The notes beneath the pieces were generated by a model that made no database searches, was not told where the DNA came from, and saw only the letters and a program-made list of their open reading frames with translations. Positions 1 through 9,424 of a stretch of DNA of 64,000 nt are shown piece after piece. Position numbers and translations under genes: made by a program. Origin of the DNA: a virus (lineage: Duplodnaviria > Caudoviricetes). The DNA lies in the IMG/VR virus record IMGVR_UViG_3300011008_000177, positions 2,230 to 66,229 of that record; one strand, 5' to 3'. Position 1 is the stretch's first letter; every line of letters begins with the position of its first letter.

Positions 1-1015
1 ACGTTCCGCTGATTTGTGGAGTAGGAGCATTAACTGATGTAAATATTGGTCTTGTACTACGTCCAACAACACCACTGGATGAATCAAGAGGAATTTCTCC
101 AAGTGATTTGTTAAAGATTGGCTGCGTTGCAGTATTAACTCCTGATGCGTAAATTGCATCACCAAGCTCAGGATTAAAGTTCAATGAATTACTGACTATC
201 AAATATTGTTTTAATAAGTCATTTGCAATTGCATTTACTATAACTGAACGATATGGAACAACATTCCATCGAATTGAATATACTACGTTATCATGTGTTC
301 CAAAGTCTTGGTTATCAAATATTTTTGCCTGATCTATTGATCTAGGATAAACATCTGCAAGTAAAACAGCTCGTTCAACTTGAGATCCAGATCTATCAGT
401 TACAATATGAATTAATTCACACGTATGTTGGGATTCATTGAATTCATATGCATCGGTATCAGATGAGTTATACTGATAAAGTCGGACGGGATTGCCGTTG
501 TTGTCAGTTCCACCTGAGATTAATCCACCATAGTGAGAAAGTCCACTATTTTCATCTCCAATCGCATTCATCCAACCATCAATAACAGTTAAAATTGGAG
601 ATCCATTCATTTCGTAAAGATCAGTTGTAATTTCTGTAGTACCATCTTTAGTAACTGTTGGCGTATTGAATTGTCTTCCGGCAAATCCACCCTGAATAGG
701 TGTTGATGCATTGTCAATTGTTTTTTCTCCAAATCCTGAGATACTTTTGCACATATATTCCATCATATGTTTAAATTGCATAAATGTTGATTTTGAAGAA
801 TACATATCATTTGGCCCAGATGCAAACATACGAGCAATTACAAATGGTACACGAACCATGAATAATCTTGTGAAACTATTCATTAGTGGTGAATAGTTTG
901 ATAAGGCATGATGCGTTGCATTTACTCCACCAACAAACATTGAATATTTCGTAAAGTCAGAAGGATTAAATTGTCTAGCACCAGTCTGACTTGTAATAAC
1001 ACCATTAATAGCCAT
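1..1015 (-). CDS. Tail tube protein (phiKZ/AR9-like), 3'-truncated by window edge; absent from the ORF track
   Basis: ATG at 1015 with GGAGGTGAA RBS; the frame begins MAINGVITSQTGARQFNPSDF and is open in the segments I translated, including the stretch reaching position 1. It lies directly downstream of the sheath gene, the canonical sheath-tube order. Confidence 0.75.
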   Translation of the reverse strand, partial: MAINGVITSQTGARQFNPSDFTKYSMFVGGVNATHHALSNYSPLMNSFTRLFMVRVPFVIARMFASGPNDMYSSKSTFMQFKHMMEYMCKSISGFGEKTIDNASTPIQGGFAGRQFNTPTVTKDGTTEITTDLYEMNGSPILTVIDGWMNAIGDENSGLSHYGGLISGGTDNNGNPVRLYQYNSSDTDAYEFNESQHTCELIHIVTDRSGSQVERAVLLADVYPRSIDQAKIFDNQDFGTHDNVVYSIRWNVVPYRSVIVNAIANDLLKQYLIVSNSLNFNPELGDAIYASGVNTATQPIFNKSLGEIPLDSSSGVVGRSTRPIFTSVNAPTPQISGT

Positions 1016-1035
1016 ATTTATTCACCTCCTAAGAA

Positions 1036-3462
1036 TTAGTATTCAGGTCTATTGATATTGATTTCAAGAATAATTCTCTTAACAATATCACGGAATGCTA
1101 CGTCAACATAGCAGTGCATAATCATACGTTCTTGTTCCCATTCATTAGCTTCAAATCTAATGTCGAGATCCTGAACTAATGTACCAATCCAAGGACGGAA
1201 ATATTGCATCTGTACATCAGTATATCCTTTACGTGCTTCTGGTTCATTCCAATCATATAAGTAACCTCTGCAAGCTTTTTCAAGTTTCTTTTTAAGAGCA
1301 TTAAGTACACGAATGTTATTTTCTTCCAATAAAGCAGAAGCATCTTTTTGTCTAGTATTCTGAGTAGCACGCTGTACGTGACGACCTTCATCAGAAGTTA
1401 AATAATAATTAACTCTATTGTCTTTAAATAAGAATTCTTTTACATCCCAATTTATAAGATCAATATCTGGACGGAATGAGTCTCTAATCATGTTACCAGT
1501 AACAGTAAGATTTGCATTTCTTTGAAGTGCTGTAAGTTCTGCATATGCACCTGTAAATGGTTTTTCTAATCCATATGTCATGATATGATTTACAAGATTT
1601 GATGCAATGAAATATGTGGCGGTAACTTTAATACGTTTCCCAGATACTGGATCAAAAATTTCATATGAGCCAAGATCTACAGATGTTGAACGTCCTGTAA
1701 AATCTTTCAACATATTAAGCATATCAAGAAGTTCAAAGTTTACATCAATATTCTTTGTTTCAACAAGACCACAATCAAGATGGAGTAAACAACCGGCACC
1801 TTGTTCTGGATTGATGATCATACCATTTTTATTACGGAATTCATTAAGATTCCACATTGCTTCTTTAACATTAAGATCTGACATTTTAAGAAGCTCATTC
1901 TTCTTACGAAGAATTGTTAATTCGTTTAAGTTTTCATCTGTTAATACAGACGAATATCCATAAACTTTTGCAACAGAAGTATCAAATCCTAAATTATCTT
2001 CTTTTGTCATATTATAGTTAGCATCGAAAATAAAATCAAGATCTATACGTGCAGGAGAAAGAATTTTTTTATCCTTTTCTCCATGGAAAGCTTTTACATA
2101 TTCTCTAGCTAATAAGAGTTTCATTTCTGATTCTGTTGGAGCACGTTTTACTCCATTGACTGAAACTTCTTCGAAATCGCCATCTGATCCACCAACAAAT
2201 TGAATACCTGTTGAAGATGCTAAATCTACACCATCATATTGATCAGCATCGATTGCAACTTCCACACCATCATCATATGTGATCGTACCATCATCGGCAA
2301 CATTAATTACCGTATATAAATAACGATATCCATCATTCAATGGATCAGCCAATACTAATACAGTATTACCAACTTTGGCAGTTCCCCAATCATTGGTTGA
2401 AAGAGGTTTTCTACTAGGAACTTGAACATCAGGTTCAACATAAGGTCCATCTGCAGAAACTGTATAATTTCTATAGTAAGGAATTATTTCACCTGATCTG
2501 GTGAGATACTGATATCCAAATAATGGATCGAATGTATCAGGTACAATACTCTTAGCAATTTCTAACTCTTCAGCTTCTTCTTCAGTCATTTCAGCAGCTG
2601 TTAAATAAGCTTCATTCGTAGTGACCACTTCTTGATACTTAGCAAAAATTGCATCAAAAGTATCTTCAAATGAATGAATGAATACAGGACAACTACCAGT
2701 AGAGAATTGATCAAGCACATCGGAAATTAATGTTGACATCTCATAACGAGTTGTCTGATATAATGATCCCGAGAATATATTTGTAACAACAGATGTATCA
2801 TCATTATTAATTAATGAGAATTTATACATTTTTACTGAATATTCTTTCTCAGCATCCATATCACGATCTATTGCCATTGAATAATTATTTCCATAATTAC
2901 CTCTACCAATAGATCTTACATAAAACATTGGTTTTGTAACATAACCAGTTTGTGGATCTGCTGATGTTTCAAGTGATTTTGCTAATTCAGTAATTGATTC
3001 ATCATCAAGTGCTCCATTAGATAATGAAACCTCATCAGCATTGACAACTGAGAATTTTACTTCGAGTCTCTTTAATCCTGTCTCCTGTGCATAGTCATCT
3101 AAGATTTTACCAACACGATAGTGTGCAAGTACAATAAAATTAGCATATGTTGCATTGTCAGGAAGAACTCTCATGAACCAAACATTGCAATAGCCATTAA
3201 ATAACTGATCTGCTTGCAATGAAGATTGTCCATATTTCATAAAGTTACTCTTACCAAAAATGGCTTCCTTTGTATTATAATCGCTTAATCTAACAAATAC
3301 GTTATCAATTCCTTTGTCAGCACCAGTAACTACACATGTTGAATAAGGTTTTTCTGACGAAGGCTGTGCAACAGTTTCATCGTAGAAAGAATGATCATTA
3401 ATAACCACATGTACGTGTGGATGCGCATAAAAAGGAATGATCTGGGCTACATCATCAGCCAT
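1036..3462 (-). CDS. Tail sheath protein
   Basis: ~808 aa from ATG 3462 (AAGGAGAGTG RBS; track start 3489). N-terminal HPHVHVVINDHSFYDE and a sheath-like C-terminus (DIRFEANEWEQERMIMHCYVDVAFRDIVKRIILEINI); context next to terminase and tube. Confidence 0.85.
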   Translation of the reverse strand: MADDVAQIIPFYAHPHVHVVINDHSFYDETVAQPSSEKPYSTCVVTGADKGIDNVFVRLSDYNTKEAIFGKSNFMKYGQSSLQADQLFNGYCNVWFMRVLPDNATYANFIVLAHYRVGKILDDYAQETGLKRLEVKFSVVNADEVSLSNGALDDESITELAKSLETSADPQTGYVTKPMFYVRSIGRGNYGNNYSMAIDRDMDAEKEYSVKMYKFSLINNDDTSVVTNIFSGSLYQTTRYEMSTLISDVLDQFSTGSCPVFIHSFEDTFDAIFAKYQEVVTTNEAYLTAAEMTEEEAEELEIAKSIVPDTFDPLFGYQYLTRSGEIIPYYRNYTVSADGPYVEPDVQVPSRKPLSTNDWGTAKVGNTVLVLADPLNDGYRYLYTVINVADDGTITYDDGVEVAIDADQYDGVDLASSTGIQFVGGSDGDFEEVSVNGVKRAPTESEMKLLLAREYVKAFHGEKDKKILSPARIDLDFIFDANYNMTKEDNLGFDTSVAKVYGYSSVLTDENLNELTILRKKNELLKMSDLNVKEAMWNLNEFRNKNGMIINPEQGAGCLLHLDCGLVETKNIDVNFELLDMLNMLKDFTGRSTSVDLGSYEIFDPVSGKRIKVTATYFIASNLVNHIMTYGLEKPFTGAYAELTALQRNANLTVTGNMIRDSFRPDIDLINWDVKEFLFKDNRVNYYLTSDEGRHVQRATQNTRQKDASALLEENNIRVLNALKKKLEKACRGYLYDWNEPEARKGYTDVQMQYFRPWIGTLVQDLDIRFEANEWEQERMIMHCYVDVAFRDIVKRIILEININRPEY

Positions 3463-3547
3463 AGTTGTTTCACTCTCCTTAAAATACAAATTTTTATAAA
3501 AAAGACTATTCTCTTTATTGATATTAATTTAATGTTTTATGTGTTTC

Positions 3548-4258
3548 CTAATAGTGGATGATTTTTTCCAACGGAGAAACAGGTTCTTCAATGTTATTTA
3601 ATGAATTATCAACTCCTGAAGAAATCATTTCATTAATTGCTTCAAATGTCATTCCGCTGAATGTTGATAAATTCTTAACAGCATTACGAACATTCTGTGC
3701 TTTGTAATCATATCCGTTTCCTTCTCCAGTTCCAAAGTATTGTCCGTATCGTTGTTTATTATTACTCGGACTGCGATAGATTGCTGAAATAATTAATTCA
3801 TATATCTTCGAAGGAACATTATAGGATACACCAGAGAATTCTAAATTTTTCCACCAAATATTTATAAGATTTAAATAATTGAGTGTGTGTGGTAATCTTC
3901 CACTTAGCATTTTATCTAAAAATGCTGTTGCATTGCCAACATTTTTAGTTACACTTTGGTGCATTATACGAGAATCTTTTGGATATTTTAATGTAATAAC
4001 ATCTAGAGAATTGTCATGAATTGTGATGGATGTTTTTTCTGATTCGTATAACATTAAATTACACATCATTGGTAATGCTAAGATTTGTAATTTGTCAGGT
4101 TTACCATTTTCAAATCCTCTAATATTACAAACACCAAATGTTTCGTAATAAGTTCCTCTATTAAATGCTAATTCATCATCAACGTATGATTCTGGAATAT
4201 AAATTTCTAAATATTTACTTGCGTAAATTTCATTATCTTTTGCATATAAAAGTCCCAT
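3548..4258 (-). CDS. Putative small C-terminal fragment of the RNA polymerase beta' subunit (split phage RNAP)
   Basis: C-terminal blocks IYELIISAIYR / STFSGMTFEAINEMISSGV / SPLEKII align by eye with RpoC [11 protein letters not shown] / [20 protein letters not shown] / GLKENVI. Confidence 0.5.
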   Translation of the reverse strand: MGLLYAKDNEIYASKYLEIYIPESYVDDELAFNRGTYYETFGVCNIRGFENGKPDKLQILALPMMCNLMLYESEKTSITIHDNSLDVITLKYPKDSRIMHQSVTKNVGNATAFLDKMLSGRLPHTLNYLNLINIWWKNLEFSGVSYNVPSKIYELIISAIYRSPSNNKQRYGQYFGTGEGNGYDYKAQNVRNAVKNLSTFSGMTFEAINEMISSGVDNSLNNIEEPVSPLEKIIHY

Positions 4259-4268
4259 AATAAAATAT

Positions 4269-6443
4269 TTACCTCCTATTTATATTTAAAAAGAAGCTAG
4301 ATGGAATATCAACAGTTTCATCATTATTTCTATGATCTAGATTGGTATTTCTACTATATAGAGGATCCTGAACAAATGAAATCTTTTGACAAATTTCCTT
4401 TATGGATGCTTCTTGACGAATACTATCTTCCATGACTTCTTGATCATATGATTTAGTATTCTGTATTGGCTGAATTCTACTTAACTGATTTGCTCTATTA
4501 ATCATATTAAAATTAATCGGTGATGGTTCTGGATCGTATTCTTTAGATTGTGCCAATGGATTAGCTCTCTGATCAACTCCAAAGAATGCTAAATTATCTC
4601 CCGTATGATAAATATAAAGAGCTAATAAATATGACATTAGACTATCATCGTGAAAACCTTTCTCAGCTTCAACTTTTCCAGTAGCAGTTCTAACTAATTT
4701 ACAAATATCATTAACCAAATATTCAGTATTTAAAAGATCTTTACATTCATCAATATATTGAAATAATAAAGAAAACATTGCATTTCTACTAGCACCAGAA
4801 GTAACAACTCCGTATTTGGAATACATTTGTGAGGCTAATCTTAATTCTCTATCTCTATAATTTTCTTCTGCAATAGCATCTAATTGTTTATTAGTAGATT
4901 TCTCACTCCAGTAAACATTATCACGAGCTTGTGTTTTTAAAAGCATCTGAATTAAGAAAGCTCCTATACTATTTTTTTCTGGAATTAATACAGCCTTCGG
5001 CATATGTTCTAATACTAATTCATTCAATAAATCACAAGCTGCTGGTCCTGATAAATATTTATTTTTAAATTCAGCAGCAATTTTCATATTCAATGGATTA
5101 ATGATTGTAATTGCAAAGTTATCTTTTCCGGCTCCTGTAGATGGATCTATCCCAACAAGATATGGAATATTTTCATCAAAGTAAGCATTTGGTTTCATAG
5201 AATTCTGATCATGTGAATAAATTTTAAACAACCATTTATCTTGAATAAGTAATTCTTTATCTGATCTAATCATATGAGCATTTAAGTATTCAATATCATC
5301 TGGTGAAATTGGTGAATTGTCAGTACTGGCTCCTCTGATCATTAATACTTCGCGTTTGACTGTTGCTTTGTCTCCCGTCATTTTTAATTGTCTTACTACC
5401 CAAGCATCATCTTTTCTAAGTTGTTTATAATCATATTCCATTCGTAAAATATCGATAGAACTTATTCCATCACCTTCATTATCAGAATCAAAATTTTCCA
5501 TATATGCATTTTTATATTCTGCAATTTGAGCACTCGTCATATCATATAATTTTTCAGTCCATGGAATCATTGAATCTATGATTGGTAAAACATCTCTACC
5601 AATTCTTGTGTTCATGTTTCCTGGTGTTCCAGTGAGTATACGACAATGTGGTTTACCAATAGCTTCTGCTCCAGCAGAAGCTTCTCTATATGCAAATGCA
5701 GTATTTCTAAATATTTCTGGAAAATACAATGTATGTTCGATTTCATCATAATAAATGATTGGTGCTGAATCTCCTCTACCTATATTAGTAGCAGCAATGA
5801 TTGAATTAGCTTTGGGAAATGTTTTAACTTTATTCCATTTATTGGAAATGATTCTAGTAGCTTCTTTACTTTTTTTAATTTTATTATTATCATCATGATA
5901 TTGTTTAAATTGCATCCATTTTGGTAAACACTCCAAATCATCTTTTAAATCTCCAAGGTTTTTAATTGTATTATCAGTAGCTTTACCAATCATATGAATA
6001 GTTGTATTTCGTGTAAATTGATAAGCCCATTGAACTAATGCTGCAAGAATTCCTGTGGTTTTATATGTTTGCCGAGGTTCTGTCAATAAAAAATCATATG
6101 AATGTTCGAATGCCCAAATTGCGGCACAAAGTCCTCTGTGTAAATAAAATGGAACTATTCCTTTATTAGTTTTTAATCTAATAACACGAGCTGCAAAATA
6201 CCATAAATTTCTAGAGCATTCTTCTAACATAGCCATTCTAATTTGTGGTGGTAAATTTTCATCATGAGGATCATAGTCTGCAATTAATGGATTATTGATT
6301 CTTAACATAAAATAATATTTTTTTATTCCCTTGATTCTTAATTCCTCTGCTGTGAGTAAAAAACTTTTGTTTGGACAATTAAGATGATAAAATATTTTAT
6401 TACCATTTTCATCAATATCATAACAAAAATCATTTGCGTTCAA
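4269..6443 (-). CDS. terL: Terminase large subunit
   Basis: Walker A EPRQTYKTT, Walker B IIYYDEIEH, coupling motif LTGTPG, RNase H-like nuclease YLVGIDPSTG and HDDSLMSY; TTG start with AGGAG RBS. Confidence 0.92.
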   Translation of the reverse strand: MNANDFCYDIDENGNKIFYHLNCPNKSFLLTAEELRIKGIKKYYFMLRINNPLIADYDPHDENLPPQIRMAMLEECSRNLWYFAARVIRLKTNKGIVPFYLHRGLCAAIWAFEHSYDFLLTEPRQTYKTTGILAALVQWAYQFTRNTTIHMIGKATDNTIKNLGDLKDDLECLPKWMQFKQYHDDNNKIKKSKEATRIISNKWNKVKTFPKANSIIAATNIGRGDSAPIIYYDEIEHTLYFPEIFRNTAFAYREASAGAEAIGKPHCRILTGTPGNMNTRIGRDVLPIIDSMIPWTEKLYDMTSAQIAEYKNAYMENFDSDNEGDGISSIDILRMEYDYKQLRKDDAWVVRQLKMTGDKATVKREVLMIRGASTDNSPISPDDIEYLNAHMIRSDKELLIQDKWLFKIYSHDQNSMKPNAYFDENIPYLVGIDPSTGAGKDNFAITIINPLNMKIAAEFKNKYLSGPAACDLLNELVLEHMPKAVLIPEKNSIGAFLIQMLLKTQARDNVYWSEKSTNKQLDAIAEENYRDRELRLASQMYSKYGVVTSGASRNAMFSLLFQYIDECKDLLNTEYLVNDICKLVRTATGKVEAEKGFHDDSLMSYLLALYIYHTGDNLAFFGVDQRANPLAQSKEYDPEPSPINFNMINRANQLSRIQPIQNTKSYDQEVMEDSIRQEASIKEICQKISFVQDPLYSRNTNLDHRNNDETVDIPSSFFLNINRR

Positions 6444-6529
6444 TTTATATCAACTCCTAATTCAACAAATATATTTAATTTTTTTGATAATATATTATAT
6501 ATTTATAATTTAATTGGAGGAATTCAAAA

Positions 6530-7549
6530 ATGATTAAGAAAGTAGGAATTTTTCATTCAGATCTTGATGGTTTAGGATGCAGTATAGTATTTAAAGCTGC
6601 AAATTATTACCTAAAAGAAAATATCGATTATTTAAATTTTAATTGCAACATTGGTATTGATGTTACAAATACTGTGGAAGAAGTTTTAAAACGTAAAGAT
6701 ATTTGTGATCAGACAATATTTTATTTTGCTGATATTGTACCACCAAAAGAAACGTTACAAAAATTATTAGATAATCAATTCAGAGTAAAAATTTATGATC
6801 ATCATAAGAGTAATAAATATGTATTATCTTTATTACCATCTGCAATCATTATTAGTGATCCTGTAAACGGAAAACTTGAATCAGGTACAAGTATTTTATA
6901 TAAATATTTGAAACTTGAAAATGAAGAAAGATTAAAGAAACTTGGTAAAAAGAAAAGTATCATATGGAAAGGTGATGAATGTTTATTCTATAATGTATTG
7001 ATACCAATATTCGTGGATACTGTAAGATCATATGATACATTTGAATGGAAAGATTCTAATAATATGGATGCAAAGAAACTGCAAATACTATCAACATTGC
7101 TTGATCCTAATTTATTCATTAATAATTATTTAAAGAAATTCAAAAATGGTTGTATGTATTTATTTACAAAAACAGAATTGGAATTTATTCAATCAAGAAT
7201 TGATAATGAAGATTCTATCATAGCAAAATTTTCGGAAAATGATATCATACCAATTAATGTTAAAGGATATAATTGTGCACTGATAATGGGACCCTGTGGA
7301 GTTAATTTTAGTAGACTTGGAAATAGTTTTTTGGAACGGTATCCAAAATATGATTTCATTGCACAGTTTAGTATTAATGATATGACAATTGGTGTTAGAA
7401 GTTTAAAAGACGATTTTGATTTAACAACTGAACTTGATGGATATTTATCTCCAAAAGGTCATCCAAAAGCAGCTGGGTGTAAATTACCGGACGGAATAAA
7501 AAATAAAATTGTTAAGTTGATTATTGATGGATTCAACAATGCCTACTAA
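6530..7549 (+). CDS. DHH/DHHA1 family phosphoesterase (NrnA/NrnB-like)
   Basis: HSDLDGLGC, FADI, YDHHKS (DHH motif) and C-terminal GHPKAAGC (DHHA1 GGH-like motif). Confidence 0.85.
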   Translation: MIKKVGIFHSDLDGLGCSIVFKAANYYLKENIDYLNFNCNIGIDVTNTVEEVLKRKDICDQTIFYFADIVPPKETLQKLLDNQFRVKIYDHHKSNKYVLSLLPSAIIISDPVNGKLESGTSILYKYLKLENEERLKKLGKKKSIIWKGDECLFYNVLIPIFVDTVRSYDTFEWKDSNNMDAKKLQILSTLLDPNLFINNYLKKFKNGCMYLFTKTELEFIQSRIDNEDSIIAKFSENDIIPINVKGYNCALIMGPCGVNFSRLGNSFLERYPKYDFIAQFSINDMTIGVRSLKDDFDLTTELDGYLSPKGHPKAAGCKLPDGIKNKIVKLIIDGFNNAY

Positions 7550-7970
7550 TAATAATTTAATAACATCAAAAGATATTGTTTATTTTAGAATGGCATCTCA
7601 ATTAGCTGAATTTTCAACATATCGAAAATCTCCAACAGGATGTATTATTGTATATAAGAATAAAGTAATTTCGACAGGATTCAATAAAGATAAAACAGAT
7701 CCATTGCAAAAAATATATAATATACATCGTAACATATCACTAGATTCTCCACCAAAATGTCATGCCGAAACAGATGCTATTAAGCATTTAATTGGAGCTG
7801 AAAATATTAATTGGAATATGATCTCATTATATATTGTAAGATTAAGAAAATCTATACAATATGGATTAGCAAGACCATGTGCATCATGTATGCAATTAAT
7901 TAAAGATTGTGGTATTCATCATATATATTATACAACTAATAATGGATATGCTTATGAATATATTGAATAA
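7539..7970 (+). CDS. Zn-dependent cytidine/dCMP deaminase-family protein
   Basis: CHAETDAI (HxE) and RPCASC (PCxxC) motifs; ATG 7539 overlaps the end of the DHH gene (track start 7524). Confidence 0.85.
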   Translation: MPTNNNLITSKDIVYFRMASQLAEFSTYRKSPTGCIIVYKNKVISTGFNKDKTDPLQKIYNIHRNISLDSPPKCHAETDAIKHLIGAENINWNMISLYIVRLRKSIQYGLARPCASCMQLIKDCGIHHIYYTTNNGYAYEYIE

Positions 7971-7984
7971 CAAAATAATCAATA

Positions 7985-8018
7985 TTTCAGTGGGTAATAA
8001 TGTTATTACCCACCGAAA
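7985..8018 (+). terminator. Hairpin after deaminase gene
   Basis: tttcagtgggtaataa-tg-ttattacccaccgaaa inverted repeat with one mismatch, followed by a T-rich tract. Confidence 0.55.
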
Positions 8019-8058
8019 TATATTTTTTAATATCAAAAATCAAAAGGTGATTTTAATT

Positions 8059-9351
8059 ATGTATAAACAAGAAATGATGCAATTAATTTGTGATAGTTGT
8101 CATACTAAATATGAATTGAATAAAAATAGTTATCAAAGTAGATGTAGAAGGAAAAGTCCTAACCTATGTCCAATTTGTATGACAAAATATAAATCTAAGA
8201 TGAATAAAATTAGAAAACAAAATGAATGGAATAATAAAACACCGATAGAACGAGAAGAACATAGGAAAGCGACTAGTAAAGGAATGGCTAATATGTCAGA
8301 AGAAGCTAAGAAAAAACGATCTGAATTATTAAGCATAGCTACAACAAATTATCTTAGTAATTTAGACACAACCGAAAAAAATAGAAGAATTAAGAAAGCC
8401 AAAGAAACTATAGCTAATACAGATATTCAAATTTTACAAGATAGACATAAGCGACAAATTGAAGGAGCAAAATTAGCATATAAAAATAAATCCGATGATG
8501 AAAAGATAAAGCAAATTTCAGAATTATTGAAAAATAGAGATAATTATTATGCAAATAGAAATGAAGAAGAAATTAATAGAATATCAAAATTATTAAGTTC
8601 TATTAAAAAAGAATATTACGAACAATTATCAAAAGAAGAAAGATTATTGCAAATAAAACCGTTGATTGATTATATAAAAAATGAAACAATAGATCAAAAA
8701 GATGATCGTCTTAAAAAATCTGGTATTAAACAAAAAATAATATGGGATAACAAAACAGATGAAAAAAGAGAATATGATATAGCTCGGTTACATGATGGAA
8801 GAGATAATTATTATAAAAATGAAACATATGAAATATTTGTAGAAAAGGTTTTAAGAAATGCTATTAGATATAATATTGCTGGAGAAAATAGAACTAAATA
8901 TATCATTACTTATCATATAGATGAAATGAGATATAATACAGAAAGAGAATTTCTTAGATTATTAGTAAATAATAATATTGATTTTATTTTTCAATTTTAT
9001 AGTACAATAATTCATCCAAAATTCCATGAATTATTTCCAAATAATCCAATCACAGGAGCTAACTATGTTTCACCATTTCATAGATGGGATTTTATGATAA
9101 AAACGAAACAAACTAATATTTTTATAGATATTGATGGTAGTATACATAATTTAAAATATAACTCACCAATATCCAAAGGTCGAAAATTTGATGACAGTCA
9201 ACGTTTATACCAAACAGATGAGTTACCAGCATATATAGTAAAATGTTATAATGATAGATTAAATCTTGATAATATAGTAATTAATTTATATAGTAATGAA
9301 GAATTAACTGTAAACGATTTATTTTATATTATTAATGATTATAATAAATAA
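8059..9351 (+). CDS. Freestanding putative homing endonuclease: Zn ribbon + 19-23-aa helical repeat array + PD-(D/E)XK/EDxHD-type nuclease
   Basis: ATG 8059 after AAGGTGA (track start 7909). CDSC..CPIC Zn ribbon, ~10 repeats of [YW]xNx[TS]xEE+, C-terminal HRWDF..IFIDIDGSIH; close paralog of the intron ORF 60585-61769. Confidence 0.7.
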   Translation: MYKQEMMQLICDSCHTKYELNKNSYQSRCRRKSPNLCPICMTKYKSKMNKIRKQNEWNNKTPIEREEHRKATSKGMANMSEEAKKKRSELLSIATTNYLSNLDTTEKNRRIKKAKETIANTDIQILQDRHKRQIEGAKLAYKNKSDDEKIKQISELLKNRDNYYANRNEEEINRISKLLSSIKKEYYEQLSKEERLLQIKPLIDYIKNETIDQKDDRLKKSGIKQKIIWDNKTDEKREYDIARLHDGRDNYYKNETYEIFVEKVLRNAIRYNIAGENRTKYIITYHIDEMRYNTEREFLRLLVNNNIDFIFQFYSTIIHPKFHELFPNNPITGANYVSPFHRWDFMIKTKQTNIFIDIDGSIHNLKYNSPISKGRKFDDSQRLYQTDELPAYIVKCYNDRLNLDNIVINLYSNEELTVNDLFYIINDYNK

Positions 9352-9367
9352 TGTTTAAAAACAAATT

Positions 9368-9401
9368 AAAAGAATTCTGTAAAAAAATACAGAATTCTTT
9401 T
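9368..9401. terminator. Bidirectional terminator-like hairpin between convergent genes
   Basis: aaaagaattctgta-aaaaaa-tacagaattctttt 14-bp stem with a flanking T run. Confidence 0.7.
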
Positions 9402-9424
9402 AATTATTTTTTTTTTTTTATTAA

